A program made the translations under genes and the position numbers. Source: a virus. From it: a DNA stretch of 64,000 bases. Positions 34,342 to 43,823 of this stretch are shown piece by piece. The stretch lies in IMG/VR virus record IMGVR_UViG_3300045988_171725, positions 1 to 64,000 of that record. One strand, written 5' to 3'. The notes under the pieces are model-generated. The model saw nothing but the letters and a program-made list of their open reading frames with translations, searched no databases and was not told the origin of the DNA. The first letter of the stretch is position 1; every line of letters begins with the position of its first letter.

Positions 34342-36242
34342 TAAGTTTATATAGCCGAAAAACAGAAACCGACCTTACGATACGTAAAAAAGAGTCGATG
34401 GATAAATATGTCGATTTGATTCAATGGGGAAGAGAAAACCCGACGAAATTTATCGAAGAAATTTTCGGGATACAACTTATCGACTTTCAAAAAAACCTTA
34501 TTCTCGGAACATGGACTTCAAATCGTGCGGTTTGGTGTGCCGCTCGTAACAGCGGTAAATCATTCTTGGTAGCGATATATGCAATGCTTCGAGCGCTCCT
34601 TTTGCCGAATTGCACGATTTATATCGTTTCAAACTCGGCTGACCAAGCGCAAGCGACCTTTAACAAAATTTGTAAATTATGCCGTGGTGAAGAACAGTCG
34701 GTTCAGACGGACCCTTGTATGTTTTATAACGAGTTAGTCAAAAGCAACGCCAACACCGATGGTTTTATAAAGAAACAAGGTAACTATTCACTCACGCTTT
34801 TTAACGGTAGCACAATTCAAACACTCGCAGCGAACCCTGATACTGCTCGTGGTCGCCGTGCGAATGTAGTTATATTCGATGAGGCGGCATACGTTTCTGA
34901 TGTTATGTATCAAGCGTGTTTGCCTTTCATCAACCAAGACCCGAACTTCAAAACAGGAAAAGGTTTCAATTCGAAGGTTCATCCGAAGACCTTCAACAAC
35001 CAGATTATAATGTGTTCTTCGGCAGGAAGTGTTAATACCGAGTGTTATAGAGCTTATAGACAATGTATAATAAATTCGATTATTGGTTATCCAGGATATT
35101 ACGCCGCAGATATAAACTGCGAGATGACGCTTCACCCTTACATAAACGGCAAACCCGTTCCAGCGATAGCGAATAAGGCTGAAATGGAAATGATAAGAGA
35201 TACCGATATCCGAAAATATAACACGGAATTTATGAATTTGTGGACAGATATGGAATCGCCCGATTCACTTCTTCAACGTTCCGTAATAATTCGTAACGAG
35301 AAAAAATATTTACCCGAAACCGCGAGTACCGACAAAACGAAAAAATACGTTGTTTGTTGGGATCCCGCCGTTCAACACGATAACAGCATTGTTTTAGTCG
35401 GGGAAATATTCAGAGATGAAAAGGTCGGCTTAAAGGGCAGGTTGGTAAATTGCTTCAATCTTATTGAGCCAGCGAAACAAAACGGCGGTGATCGCCAACC
35501 GTTACGTATGCCAGACCAAATCACTTGGGTTCGTAAGTTTTTGCGCGATTACAATAACGCAGAGAACCACGAATACACAAACGTAACGCTTCGAATGGAT
35601 TCAGGTTCAGGTGCAGGCGGTAAAAGTATACCAGATTACTTAATGCCGTCTTATACAGATGAAAACGGCGTTAGACATGTCGGTGTTTATGATAGTAAAT
35701 TCAATCCAGATAACGATGGTACGGGGACTTCTTATCAAGATATGCACAGAGACAAATTCCCCGAAGCAGTAGATTGTTTACAGGCGGTAGAGCCGCGTAA
35801 ATACAGAACCGAGATGTTCGGCGCGTTAACTTCGATGATTGCGCAAGATTACATCGAGTTCCCGCCATCACTTCCCTCGCGTGGAGAAATTGAAAACGAA
35901 GACGGCTCGGTATACAAGTTGTCGTTAGAGGAAACCCGCGCGTTACTCGAATTTGACCTTTTGAAAGACGAAGCGGTAAGGATGCAACAAACGAAATTGA
36001 CGACGGGCGAAGTAAAATACGCAATGCCAAGCGGCAAAGATCACGACGATAGAGTTTATTGCCTTGCTCTTTTCGCCTCTTATTTGGCAAATATGCGCCA
36101 AGCCGAAAACCGTGCGTCTGAAAATAACAACACGAGTGAATTTGCCGATTATATAATGAGCCGTATTAGAGAAGGCGACGGCAAAAAGACTCAAAACCCG
36201 TTCGCGGGTAAAACGAACCCGTTCGCGGGTAAAAAGTGGTAA
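34338..36242 (+). CDS. terL: terminase large subunit
   Basis: CAARNSGKSF (Walker A), VVIFDEAAYV (Walker B), CSSAGS, WDPA...HDNS nuclease block. Confidence 0.8.
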   Translation: MISLYSRKTETDLTIRKKESMDKYVDLIQWGRENPTKFIEEIFGIQLIDFQKNLILGTWTSNRAVWCAARNSGKSFLVAIYAMLRALLLPNCTIYIVSNSADQAQATFNKICKLCRGEEQSVQTDPCMFYNELVKSNANTDGFIKKQGNYSLTLFNGSTIQTLAANPDTARGRRANVVIFDEAAYVSDVMYQACLPFINQDPNFKTGKGFNSKVHPKTFNNQIIMCSSAGSVNTECYRAYRQCIINSIIGYPGYYAADINCEMTLHPYINGKPVPAIANKAEMEMIRDTDIRKYNTEFMNLWTDMESPDSLLQRSVIIRNEKKYLPETASTDKTKKYVVCWDPAVQHDNSIVLVGEIFRDEKVGLKGRLVNCFNLIEPAKQNGGDRQPLRMPDQITWVRKFLRDYNNAENHEYTNVTLRMDSGSGAGGKSIPDYLMPSYTDENGVRHVGVYDSKFNPDNDGTGTSYQDMHRDKFPEAVDCLQAVEPRKYRTEMFGALTSMIAQDYIEFPPSLPSRGEIENEDGSVYKLSLEETRALLEFDLLKDEAVRMQQTKLTTGEVKYAMPSGKDHDDRVYCLALFASYLANMRQAENRASENNNTSEFADYIMSRIREGDGKKTQNPFAGKTNPFAGKKW

Positions 36243-36255
36243 AAGGAAATAAAAG

Positions 36256-36672
36256 ATGATTGGAAAATTAGTAGTAGATTACGAAGAAGTAAGTTTGGGA
36301 GATTTGTTGGAGTTTTTAATTGATAAAGGTATAGAGTGTTGTGTTGATGGGGATAATATTTATACATATTTAGAAAATTACAAAGGGGTTCGGGAAAACT
36401 CTATAATAGTGAATAAGAAGAAAATACAAAATTATTTCTTCAAAGAATTAACCTCACCGCCGACTCGCACTCCGACAAATTATGTGCAAACTTGGCTTTT
36501 AGAGAAATTCAACGAACAAGAACGTCTTCGCTTCGAGGAACAACATCAAGCCGAATTAAAAAAGGCACAGGAGAATATCCAGAAGGCGATGGAAGAGTAT
36601 AAACAGTTATACACAAAATACGTAAATCAACAAAACAAGGAGGCGCAGTCCGATGGCGGATCAAACAACTAA
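36256..36672 (+). CDS. hypothetical protein (138 aa)
   Basis: AAAGGAA RBS. Contains copy B of the 37-nt element. Confidence 0.55.
   Translation: MIGKLVVDYEEVSLGDLLEFLIDKGIECCVDGDNIYTYLENYKGVRENSIIVNKKKIQNYFFKELTSPPTRTPTNYVQTWLLEKFNEQERLRFEEQHQAELKKAQENIQKAMEEYKQLYTKYVNQQNKEAQSDGGSNN
36377..36413 (+). promoter_or_regulatory. 37-nt conserved promoter-like element, copy B
   Basis: Identical to 30898-30934 but read in a different frame. Lies about 240 nt upstream of the portal gene. Confidence 0.45.
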
Positions 36673-38602
36673 AAAACGCGGAAGACCGCGCAAAATTGCA
36701 GTAGATGAAGATGAGAAGATTTTAACCGATAACGCGAGTGAAACGCTTATGATGGAACAGAAGAGCGCGGCGGGAACGAACGGGAAAGTAACCATTAATC
36801 AAGTGGCGGAGAGTTTATTCTCGTTGTACGGGAGTGTTCTTGGCACTTATAACGGGAAATGGGGGGAAAACAACATAAACCTTTACAACCCGTTTTTGCA
36901 GAACTCGCGATTGAAGATGATAAACGCGTCCCCAGTAACGGAGACGCCCGAAGAAATCGCGCAAGCGTTGAAAGACCCAGGGTCTCACGAAGAAGAGCTT
37001 AAATCGGTCTCGGCAGGGCTTTCTGCTCGGCAATACCTTTATTACAAGATATTGCGTGAAGCGTGCGATGTCCCGATGTACAAGAGTTACTTTTTACCCG
37101 AAACGCTCGAAGACGCGAGCGAATACACAAGTAAAAAATTCCGCGAGGAAGAAGCTTTTGTGGAAGAGTGGAAAGATAAACTCGACCCGCAGGCTTTGTT
37201 CAAAAGAATCGGGATGGAAGTCAAGAGAGAGGGAAAACCGTCTTATATATTCAGACAATGTATATATGAAGACGAGGGGAAAAAGCGCGTTAAATACGTA
37301 ACGTTCCAAAAACTCCCTGCCGCTTATACCAAACTCACAGGAATTGGCGAGCATGGTTACATTGCGAGTTTTAACCTTATGGTATTTATGAACCCCGCAT
37401 TTTCGCCGTTGCAATACCCCGAATTCATACGTAAGATTTGGGATAGCATTATTACTGGCAGAATCGTGTATCGCGACAATAAAGGTAATTATGCGGTAGA
37501 TGCCAACAAACTTGCGCAATTTACATACGACGACGAAGGACAGGAACGTAAAGGGACGATAGAAATCGCTAAACAGGCGGCTTCGACGGTTTATTTGTAT
37601 TGGGTGCAGTTGCCGCAAGACCTTTGCTTTACTTTTATGAGCGACGGTTCTAACGCATGGTCGGTTCCCGACACGATAAGCCTTTTCTCGGACCTTCAAG
37701 AATTAAGCGATTATTCAACACTTGCAGGCTTGATAGCGAGCAGCCCGTTGACGGCTGTTCTTACAGGTCAGGCAGAATTTATAGACGGAGCGCAGCCAGG
37801 TCAAGATCAGACTAAGATCAGACCGACGACGCTCAATGCGTTCCAGAACTTTTTTAATTCAATAGTTTCTGGAAACGTAAATGCTTTCTTTGGACCGTTC
37901 AAAGATATGAAATTACAGTCGTTGCCGAATATACCGAATAGCAGCGACATTAAAACGAAGGCGGTTCAAAACTTTATTTCCTCGGCAGGAGAGGGTGGTT
38001 TGATTGTTGCAACCGATAAACCGTCGGTAGCGATGATTAAAGGCGCACAAATGCTTGCCGAGTCTCAATACGATTATGTCACAAGACAAATCGAAACAGC
38101 CACAAACACTGTACTTGAAAAATGGTGCGGTTGTAAATATAAATGGAAGCTTAAACTTTGGGGCGGAATTTATACTTTTGACAGTCAAGTCAAGAACATG
38201 AAAGAGCTTGTGTCTTCGGGCGCAACGTTCGTCCTTCCAAAATTAGCTTCTGCTTATGACATGTCTCTCAGGCAGGTACGCGGAGTATCGAGCTATATTG
38301 ATGAGAACAAGTTGTATGATAAATTCAAGACATTAGGTTGGGCGCAGAGCATACAAAACGCACAGGCTCGTAGCAGCTCGACACAGGATTCTAATGGCGT
38401 TGGACGTACAGCATTGGACGATACCGATATAGAAAACGATTCCACGGCACAAAGCAGAGAGACGGGCGCTAACATCACCGAATTGAAGGAAGATTATGTC
38501 GCTCAACATATTTGCCCGTTGTGCGGGAGCGAAGATGTTGAAGACGGTCATTTCTTATGCTCGGAATGTGAAGAAAAGATGGAATTAGACGGGGAGGAAT
38601 AA
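36653..38602 (+). CDS. portal protein (putative), C-terminal zinc ribbon
   Basis: 649 aa, located directly after the terminase. AAGGAGG RBS. CPLCG...CSEC at the C-terminus. Confidence 0.55.
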   Translation: MADQTTKKRGRPRKIAVDEDEKILTDNASETLMMEQKSAAGTNGKVTINQVAESLFSLYGSVLGTYNGKWGENNINLYNPFLQNSRLKMINASPVTETPEEIAQALKDPGSHEEELKSVSAGLSARQYLYYKILREACDVPMYKSYFLPETLEDASEYTSKKFREEEAFVEEWKDKLDPQALFKRIGMEVKREGKPSYIFRQCIYEDEGKKRVKYVTFQKLPAAYTKLTGIGEHGYIASFNLMVFMNPAFSPLQYPEFIRKIWDSIITGRIVYRDNKGNYAVDANKLAQFTYDDEGQERKGTIEIAKQAASTVYLYWVQLPQDLCFTFMSDGSNAWSVPDTISLFSDLQELSDYSTLAGLIASSPLTAVLTGQAEFIDGAQPGQDQTKIRPTTLNAFQNFFNSIVSGNVNAFFGPFKDMKLQSLPNIPNSSDIKTKAVQNFISSAGEGGLIVATDKPSVAMIKGAQMLAESQYDYVTRQIETATNTVLEKWCGCKYKWKLKLWGGIYTFDSQVKNMKELVSSGATFVLPKLASAYDMSLRQVRGVSSYIDENKLYDKFKTLGWAQSIQNAQARSSSTQDSNGVGRTALDDTDIENDSTAQSRETGANITELKEDYVAQHICPLCGSEDVEDGHFLCSECEEKMELDGEE

Positions 38603-38606
38603 TTCA

Positions 38607-38798
38607 ATGGGAGAAAAATGTAATCATCGAATTAAATCGAAAAACACGACCTTGCACTTACTTGGTCGGTTATTTATGACGCACCCGAATGTCCGTCACG
38701 CCGTTTGTATGATTTGTGGAAAAGAGTTCAAGTTTGTCGAAGATGAAAATGGCGAACTTAAACCCTTTAAGAAGAACTGTGAGGAGGCAGAAAAATGA
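38607..38798 (+). CDS. small Cys-containing protein (63 aa)
   Basis: GGGGAGG RBS. Confidence 0.55.
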   Translation: MGEKCNHRIKSKNTTLHLLGRLFMTHPNVRHAVCMICGKEFKFVEDENGELKPFKKNCEEAEK

Positions 38799-39301
38799 AG
38801 ATTTCAGAAGCTTGTTACGAGCAATTGAACAATCTTATCAAAAAGAGTTTCGATTGCAATGCTCAAGCGGATAACTTCGCGTATAACATCGATTACACGC
38901 GCTATCCGAACATCGCAAATCTTTATCATCATGCGTTTGCCCACAAATTTCCTCAGCTTGCGGACGTCATAAGTGACCTTATGATACAGTTAAACGCAAG
39001 ACCAGTTAGAAAGGCAGTAAACGAGTATAAATCGGAATACCTCAGCCTTTATGACTTATTTGTCGATAATGACCGAATGATGGAGGAGTATAGACAAGAG
39101 GTGCGTAAAACTATCGATATCGCAGATCTTAACGACGATTATGAAGTTAGAATCGCGATGGAAGATTTTTTACTTAAACTTTTGCCTTATGTAAAACAGT
39201 CGGATATCTGGCGCACGAAGAGTGAGCAATATAAGGACGATCCGTCGCAATTTGATGTGCATTTTGCAGAATTAACTACGCTTATCCCACACACATTATA
39301 A
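38795..39301 (+). CDS. hypothetical helical protein (168 aa)
   Basis: GAGGAGG RBS. Confidence 0.6.
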   Translation: MKISEACYEQLNNLIKKSFDCNAQADNFAYNIDYTRYPNIANLYHHAFAHKFPQLADVISDLMIQLNARPVRKAVNEYKSEYLSLYDLFVDNDRMMEEYRQEVRKTIDIADLNDDYEVRIAMEDFLLKLLPYVKQSDIWRTKSEQYKDDPSQFDVHFAELTTLIPHTL

Positions 39302-39336
39302 AATTAATTAACTTATAAAAAGGGGACTTTTAACAT

Positions 39337-40074
39337 ATGAAAGAAATTGTCGATTCAATTATTAAATATGGAAGTACCCCTGTACTGATAGCTGCGCTTG
39401 TGTTTATTATTATTTGGTTTGCCAGATGTTTTAAAGATGTAAGCGAAAAACAGCAAATAATAAGCCAGAAGTCCGAGGAACGGATTACCGAACTTTTTAA
39501 AATGATGAAAGAGGTCGGGGATAATACTAAACACACTCATCCTGGACCAGAAGAGGAAGAAAACAGACGCTGCAATGATTTGGTAATGAGTTTATTAAAT
39601 TGTTTGCGCGAAGAATCTGGCGCAAATCGTGTAAGTTGTTTTATATACCATAATGGGGGGTATAGCGTAACTGGAAGAAGTTTTCAGAAAATGTCGATGC
39701 TTTATGAAGTAGTTGACGGGAAAACAGTTTCGGTGATGAATTCTTTTCAAAATGTTCCTCGAACAATGTTTTTCACACTTACTCAAAAACTATCAGAACG
39801 GGGTTGTTACGATATCAGCAATATCGAGGACATAAAAGATGCCGATGCGATAACGTATCAAACCTTTTATGCAAGAGGGGCAAAGGCGGCATATTGCGGC
39901 GTAATCAAGGATAGCAGGAAAAATATACTTGGTTTTATCGTTGTTGAATATACTGCCGACAAATGTAATGATGAGAAAAAGACAAAAGACCTTATCAAAT
40001 ATAAGGTCAGCAAAATAAGCGCAGCATTGGAGGTAAATCCAGAAGCTCCGCTTAATCAAGGAGGGAAGAAATAA
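39337..40074 (+). CDS. membrane-anchored protein (245 aa)
   Basis: N-terminal TM segment TPVLIAALVFIIIWFA. The soluble domain was not identified. Confidence 0.55.
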   Translation: MKEIVDSIIKYGSTPVLIAALVFIIIWFARCFKDVSEKQQIISQKSEERITELFKMMKEVGDNTKHTHPGPEEEENRRCNDLVMSLLNCLREESGANRVSCFIYHNGGYSVTGRSFQKMSMLYEVVDGKTVSVMNSFQNVPRTMFFTLTQKLSERGCYDISNIEDIKDADAITYQTFYARGAKAAYCGVIKDSRKNILGFIVVEYTADKCNDEKKTKDLIKYKVSKISAALEVNPEAPLNQGGKK

Positions 40075-41918
40075 TGCTTAAGTGTTTTGAACTTGATTCT
40101 AACCAAATCAGAATTAGAGACATCTTAAACGACAAAAACTTCCTCGAAATAGAAATCTTTGCGATTTCTGATGCAAATCCTAACCGTAACAAAAGTCATT
40201 TTACGCTCGAGTCGATGCAAAAAGGTCTCGAGTCTTTTAACGATAAGCCGATACTCGGTTTTTTCAATAAACAAGGTGATTTTGAGTCTCATAACGGAAG
40301 AGTTGCTTACGATCCAGAAGAACAAGTGGACTATTGGGACAACTCTAACGGAGAACAAATTTTAGGTTTTATTCGCCAGACGGATAGGAAAGAAATCGTA
40401 GAGAGAGACGGTTTACACTGGATTTGCTGTACCGCAATGATATATACTCAATATAACTATAAACAAGTCAAAAAATTGCTCAAAGACCGTAAGAAAAAAG
40501 TTTCGGTCGAAATAGCGGTTTTAGACAGCGAGATGGTTGACGGAATTGAATATATCAAAGAATTTGACTTAAAGGGAATAACAATTCTCGGAAGCCGTAA
40601 CGGCATACAAGTCAAAGAAGGTATTGAAGGCGCAGGATTATCAATTCTCGAAGTTTTTGACGCGGCGAGATTCAGTGGACAAAAACAAACAATTATTCAA
40701 GCGTACTCTCAGTTAGAGGACGACGAGAAAAATAAGGAGGACGGAAATTTGGCTATGAAAGATTTTGGAAAAGCTCTTAAAGTCAACAAATCCAAAGAAG
40801 CCATGTCCGATACCAGTTGGGGCGACGTTGATAAAGCGGAGCTCAGAAAACGCATTGTCGAAGCGAGCAACTTTAAGGAAATCGCAGATGACGTGTTCCT
40901 CGACTTGAGAGAAGGCTGGGAAGAAGGGGAAGTTACGAAGCTCAAATATCCAGTAATGGAGATCAAAGGCGACGAACTGGTATATAACAGAGGGGCATTA
41001 GGCTCAGCGAAGGCTTACGCCGAGAAGAACGGCGAAGAAGAAGTCTTAAAGAAGTTAAAGGCTATTTACGGGCATTTAGATCTCGACTTCGAAGCGAAGT
41101 TCGATTGCGAATGCGACGAATTCTGTGACCTTTACGAAGACGACGTTCCGTGCAATGGCGATTGCGGCGACGATTGTGATGATCATGATGATTGCGACGA
41201 TTATTCGCTCGAAAAACACGCGGAAGGAGTGGTTGTCGAGGAAGCAAAGGGAGAACCTGTAGAAAAACCTGCTGTGGTTGTTGAAAAGGTTTATACCGAA
41301 GAGGCATTCAATGCGGCTTGCGACGAATTGAAGATGAAATGTAATGAAGCGGAAAGCAAATTTGCTGAAGTGGAAGGCAAATACTCGGAACTCGAAGCTA
41401 AATGTTGTGAATACGAAAACAAATGTGGCGAATACGAAGGTAAGTGCGCGGATTACGAAAAGAGATGCGCGGAGTATGAGAAGAAATGTGCAGAACTTGA
41501 AGAGAAGTGCGCGAACTACGAAGCAACCGCAGGAAAACTTAAACTCGAAATGGATGAATGTGTCGCGAAGATGCAGGACTACGAAGAGATTAAGAAAGCT
41601 CGTGACGAAATGGTTGAAAAATTCGCCGTTATGAGAGTCAACGAGCAAAAAGATTATATTTCCAATGTGTGCGCTAAAATGAAATTTACTGAAGAAGAGA
41701 TTAAGCCGATTGGTGAAAAATGCGAAAGAAGAGAATATGAAGATATCGACGCTATAGATAGAGATATTGCGTACTTATCTTTCCAAAAAACCAAAGCGAC
41801 GCTTTTCAGTGAAAAAACGGAAATGTTTAGTGTAAATATTGTGGAAGAACCAAAACAAAAATCTGGTCGCAAAGAAATGACTTTACGTGAGCGACTTAAA
41901 GATAATATTAAAAAATAA
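40074..41918 (+). CDS. scaffold / prohead-protease-like protein with Cys-rich coiled coil (614 aa)
   Basis: Lies upstream of the capsid gene. Acidic CECDEFCDLYEDDVPCNGDCGDDCDDHDDCDD block followed by repeated KC.EYE heptads. Confidence 0.45.
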   Translation: MLKCFELDSNQIRIRDILNDKNFLEIEIFAISDANPNRNKSHFTLESMQKGLESFNDKPILGFFNKQGDFESHNGRVAYDPEEQVDYWDNSNGEQILGFIRQTDRKEIVERDGLHWICCTAMIYTQYNYKQVKKLLKDRKKKVSVEIAVLDSEMVDGIEYIKEFDLKGITILGSRNGIQVKEGIEGAGLSILEVFDAARFSGQKQTIIQAYSQLEDDEKNKEDGNLAMKDFGKALKVNKSKEAMSDTSWGDVDKAELRKRIVEASNFKEIADDVFLDLREGWEEGEVTKLKYPVMEIKGDELVYNRGALGSAKAYAEKNGEEEVLKKLKAIYGHLDLDFEAKFDCECDEFCDLYEDDVPCNGDCGDDCDDHDDCDDYSLEKHAEGVVVEEAKGEPVEKPAVVVEKVYTEEAFNAACDELKMKCNEAESKFAEVEGKYSELEAKCCEYENKCGEYEGKCADYEKRCAEYEKKCAELEEKCANYEATAGKLKLEMDECVAKMQDYEEIKKARDEMVEKFAVMRVNEQKDYISNVCAKMKFTEEEIKPIGEKCERREYEDIDAIDRDIAYLSFQKTKATLFSEKTEMFSVNIVEEPKQKSGRKEMTLRERLKDNIKK

Positions 41919-41941
41919 GAAATAATTAAGGAGAAATTAAT

Positions 41942-42478
41942 ATGGCTACTTTTGCTAAAATTAAAATGGTATCGGAAAACGTAACCGCTTACGATATCAC
42001 TGGTAAGTTTGTTTCCAACGATCAGCTTGCCGAAGTAGAAGACGGCGCTCTTGTAGTTGTTGGCGACCTTAGAAGAAGCACGGTTTATGACAACAAAGAC
42101 ATGAACGTATTTGAAATCAAAGCACCCGCTAATGACACGGATGAAGTTGCTATAGTTGACCTTTCCGATGTTGGTAAGGGCGACGTAAGAGGTGACAAAT
42201 GGAGAGTTGGCATGAGACTTGATGGTCTCGTTGCTGATGCTGGTCAGCCTGTTAGAGTTAGAATTCTTAAACCTTATGACAGGTTCTGGCTTTCGGACGC
42301 TGGATTTGTTTTCGCTCCCGAAGTTGGCAAATTTGCTATTCCGACTGCTAATGATACGAAATTTACTCCGTCTGCAACTCAGGTTGAAGGTAAACTTAAT
42401 GTTAAGATCGAAATGGCTAAAGATTTCGTTCTTGGTCAGACGGTTGCTGGCAAGATGTATTACTGCCGTGTACTTTAA
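41942..42478 (+). CDS. head-module protein (178 aa), possibly decoration/auxiliary
   Basis: Strong RBS AAGGAGAAATTAATATG. Lies directly upstream of the capsid gene. Confidence 0.4.
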   Translation: MATFAKIKMVSENVTAYDITGKFVSNDQLAEVEDGALVVVGDLRRSTVYDNKDMNVFEIKAPANDTDEVAIVDLSDVGKGDVRGDKWRVGMRLDGLVADAGQPVRVRILKPYDRFWLSDAGFVFAPEVGKFAIPTANDTKFTPSATQVEGKLNVKIEMAKDFVLGQTVAGKMYYCRVL

Positions 42479-42502
42479 TTTTTAAGGGAGGAATAGAATA
42501 TT

Positions 42503-43597
42503 ATGTTAAAAATGTTTAATTATAAAAAGTCTGAAAACGCCCTTTTTAATGATGTTGTAGACGGTATCGTTGATTCCGCTCGTCAGCACATTGAAGGTGT
42601 ACAGAACAGAAAAGAATATGAAGAAATGCAGAGCGATGTTTGCGAAAACCTCGTTAAATATTGTGTAAGCGGCACTCGTTACGAAGACAGATTCGTTAAT
42701 GAAGGCATCGAAATCGTCAAGAGCCCCGCTGTTAACAGTAACAGAGATTTCAGAGAAAACTTCGACGCGGTTATCGCGCAGGTTATCAACGCGACTCTTC
42801 CGATGACGATGAGCTCGAGATTTGCTGACACGTTTATGGATTATAGGCAGATCGGTTTCGGCGATACTGCTCGTTTCATTATCGATTCGAATGAGTTATA
42901 TCAGGTTAATGAACTTGCAGAGGGTATTCATCGCGGAGCTCTTCAGCCCATTTATAACAACGAAATGGTTGTTAATCCTGAACCGATTGAAATAGCGGTT
43001 TCGATGGATTGGTATGACCTTGCTTCGAGAAGATTTGATATCGGCGTATGGGCTGCTAAAATTGCTCGTTCGTTTGAAAACTATATTCTTGCTAAGTCTA
43101 TTGCTGCGCTTACCGCTGCAACTGATGGTCTTGGTATTGGTTATGTTACTAATGGCGTTGATACGAAGAGCTTTGCTCACCTTGCTGAAAGAGTTTCTGC
43201 TGCGAATAACGGCGCTGCGGTTTATGGAGTCGGCGTTTTGAGCGCTCTTGCGCAGTGCGTACCTAATGTCGTCGGTTTGCAATATGGCCTTGGTGTTGAA
43301 GTTGCTAAGAAAGGTTTCCTTGATAAATATCTCGGAGTAAATTTAATAGCAATCGACCAAGCGATAGATGCCACCACTTTGAATTCGACTGGTAAACTTA
43401 TGATCCCTGATGATAAGATATATCTCATAGCCGCAAATTCGTATAAGTGCGTAAAAGTGGTCCAAGAAGGTACTGATATTTCACTTACCGATCTTCCTGA
43501 ATACACTTCCGACAGAACTTATGTTTTCTCGGTTAAACTTCGTATCGGTGTAGCTGCGGTATTGGGCTCCAAGCATGGCGTTATCAACCTCGGTTAA
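42503..43597 (+). CDS. major capsid protein (putative)
   Basis: 364 aa, GGGAGG RBS, follows the scaffold gene and is followed by a terminator. Confidence 0.55.
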   Translation: MLKMFNYKKSENALFNDVVDGIVDSARQHIEGVQNRKEYEEMQSDVCENLVKYCVSGTRYEDRFVNEGIEIVKSPAVNSNRDFRENFDAVIAQVINATLPMTMSSRFADTFMDYRQIGFGDTARFIIDSNELYQVNELAEGIHRGALQPIYNNEMVVNPEPIEIAVSMDWYDLASRRFDIGVWAAKIARSFENYILAKSIAALTAATDGLGIGYVTNGVDTKSFAHLAERVSAANNGAAVYGVGVLSALAQCVPNVVGLQYGLGVEVAKKGFLDKYLGVNLIAIDQAIDATTLNSTGKLMIPDDKIYLIAANSYKCVKVVQEGTDISLTDLPEYTSDRTYVFSVKLRIGVAAVLGSKHGVINLG

Positions 43598-43612
43598 TTC
43601 GAGATTTAATAA

Positions 43613-43649
43613 GTTTTCTTATTCTTTTAACAAAATAAGAGAGTTTTTT
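43613..43649 (+). terminator. rho-independent terminator after the capsid gene
   Basis: 7-9 bp A/T-rich stem followed by GAGTTTTTT. Confidence 0.55.
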
Positions 43650-43691
43650 AATTACGTTTCTCACAAAAACGTAATTTCCATTACAAAACGC

Positions 43692-43720
43692 TTGACAAAC
43701 GTTAAGTGATTTGTTATAAT
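43692..43720 (+). promoter_or_regulatory. sigma-A-type promoter P9 (HEG cassette)
   Basis: AAACGC-TTGACA 43692-43697, 17 nt, TGtTATAAT ending 43720. Confidence 0.75.
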
Positions 43721-43823
43721 AAACGTGTAAATTGCGGGACAGCAGGTTCGAAACTGTTTCCTTTTGACTCCTTACCGAGAGGATTACCGCTTTTTATATA
43801 TTTTTGTAAGGAGGATATTAAAA

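Noticed and set aside
41076-41648. 190-aa minus-strand ORF antisense to the scaffold gene
   Set aside because: It is an artefact of the GAA/AAG-rich heptad repeats and has no RBS.
43740-43770. GGTTCGAAAC string suggestive of a tRNA T-arm
   Set aside because: No acceptor, D or anticodon arms can be drawn. It lies in the 5' leader between promoter P9 and the HEG start.
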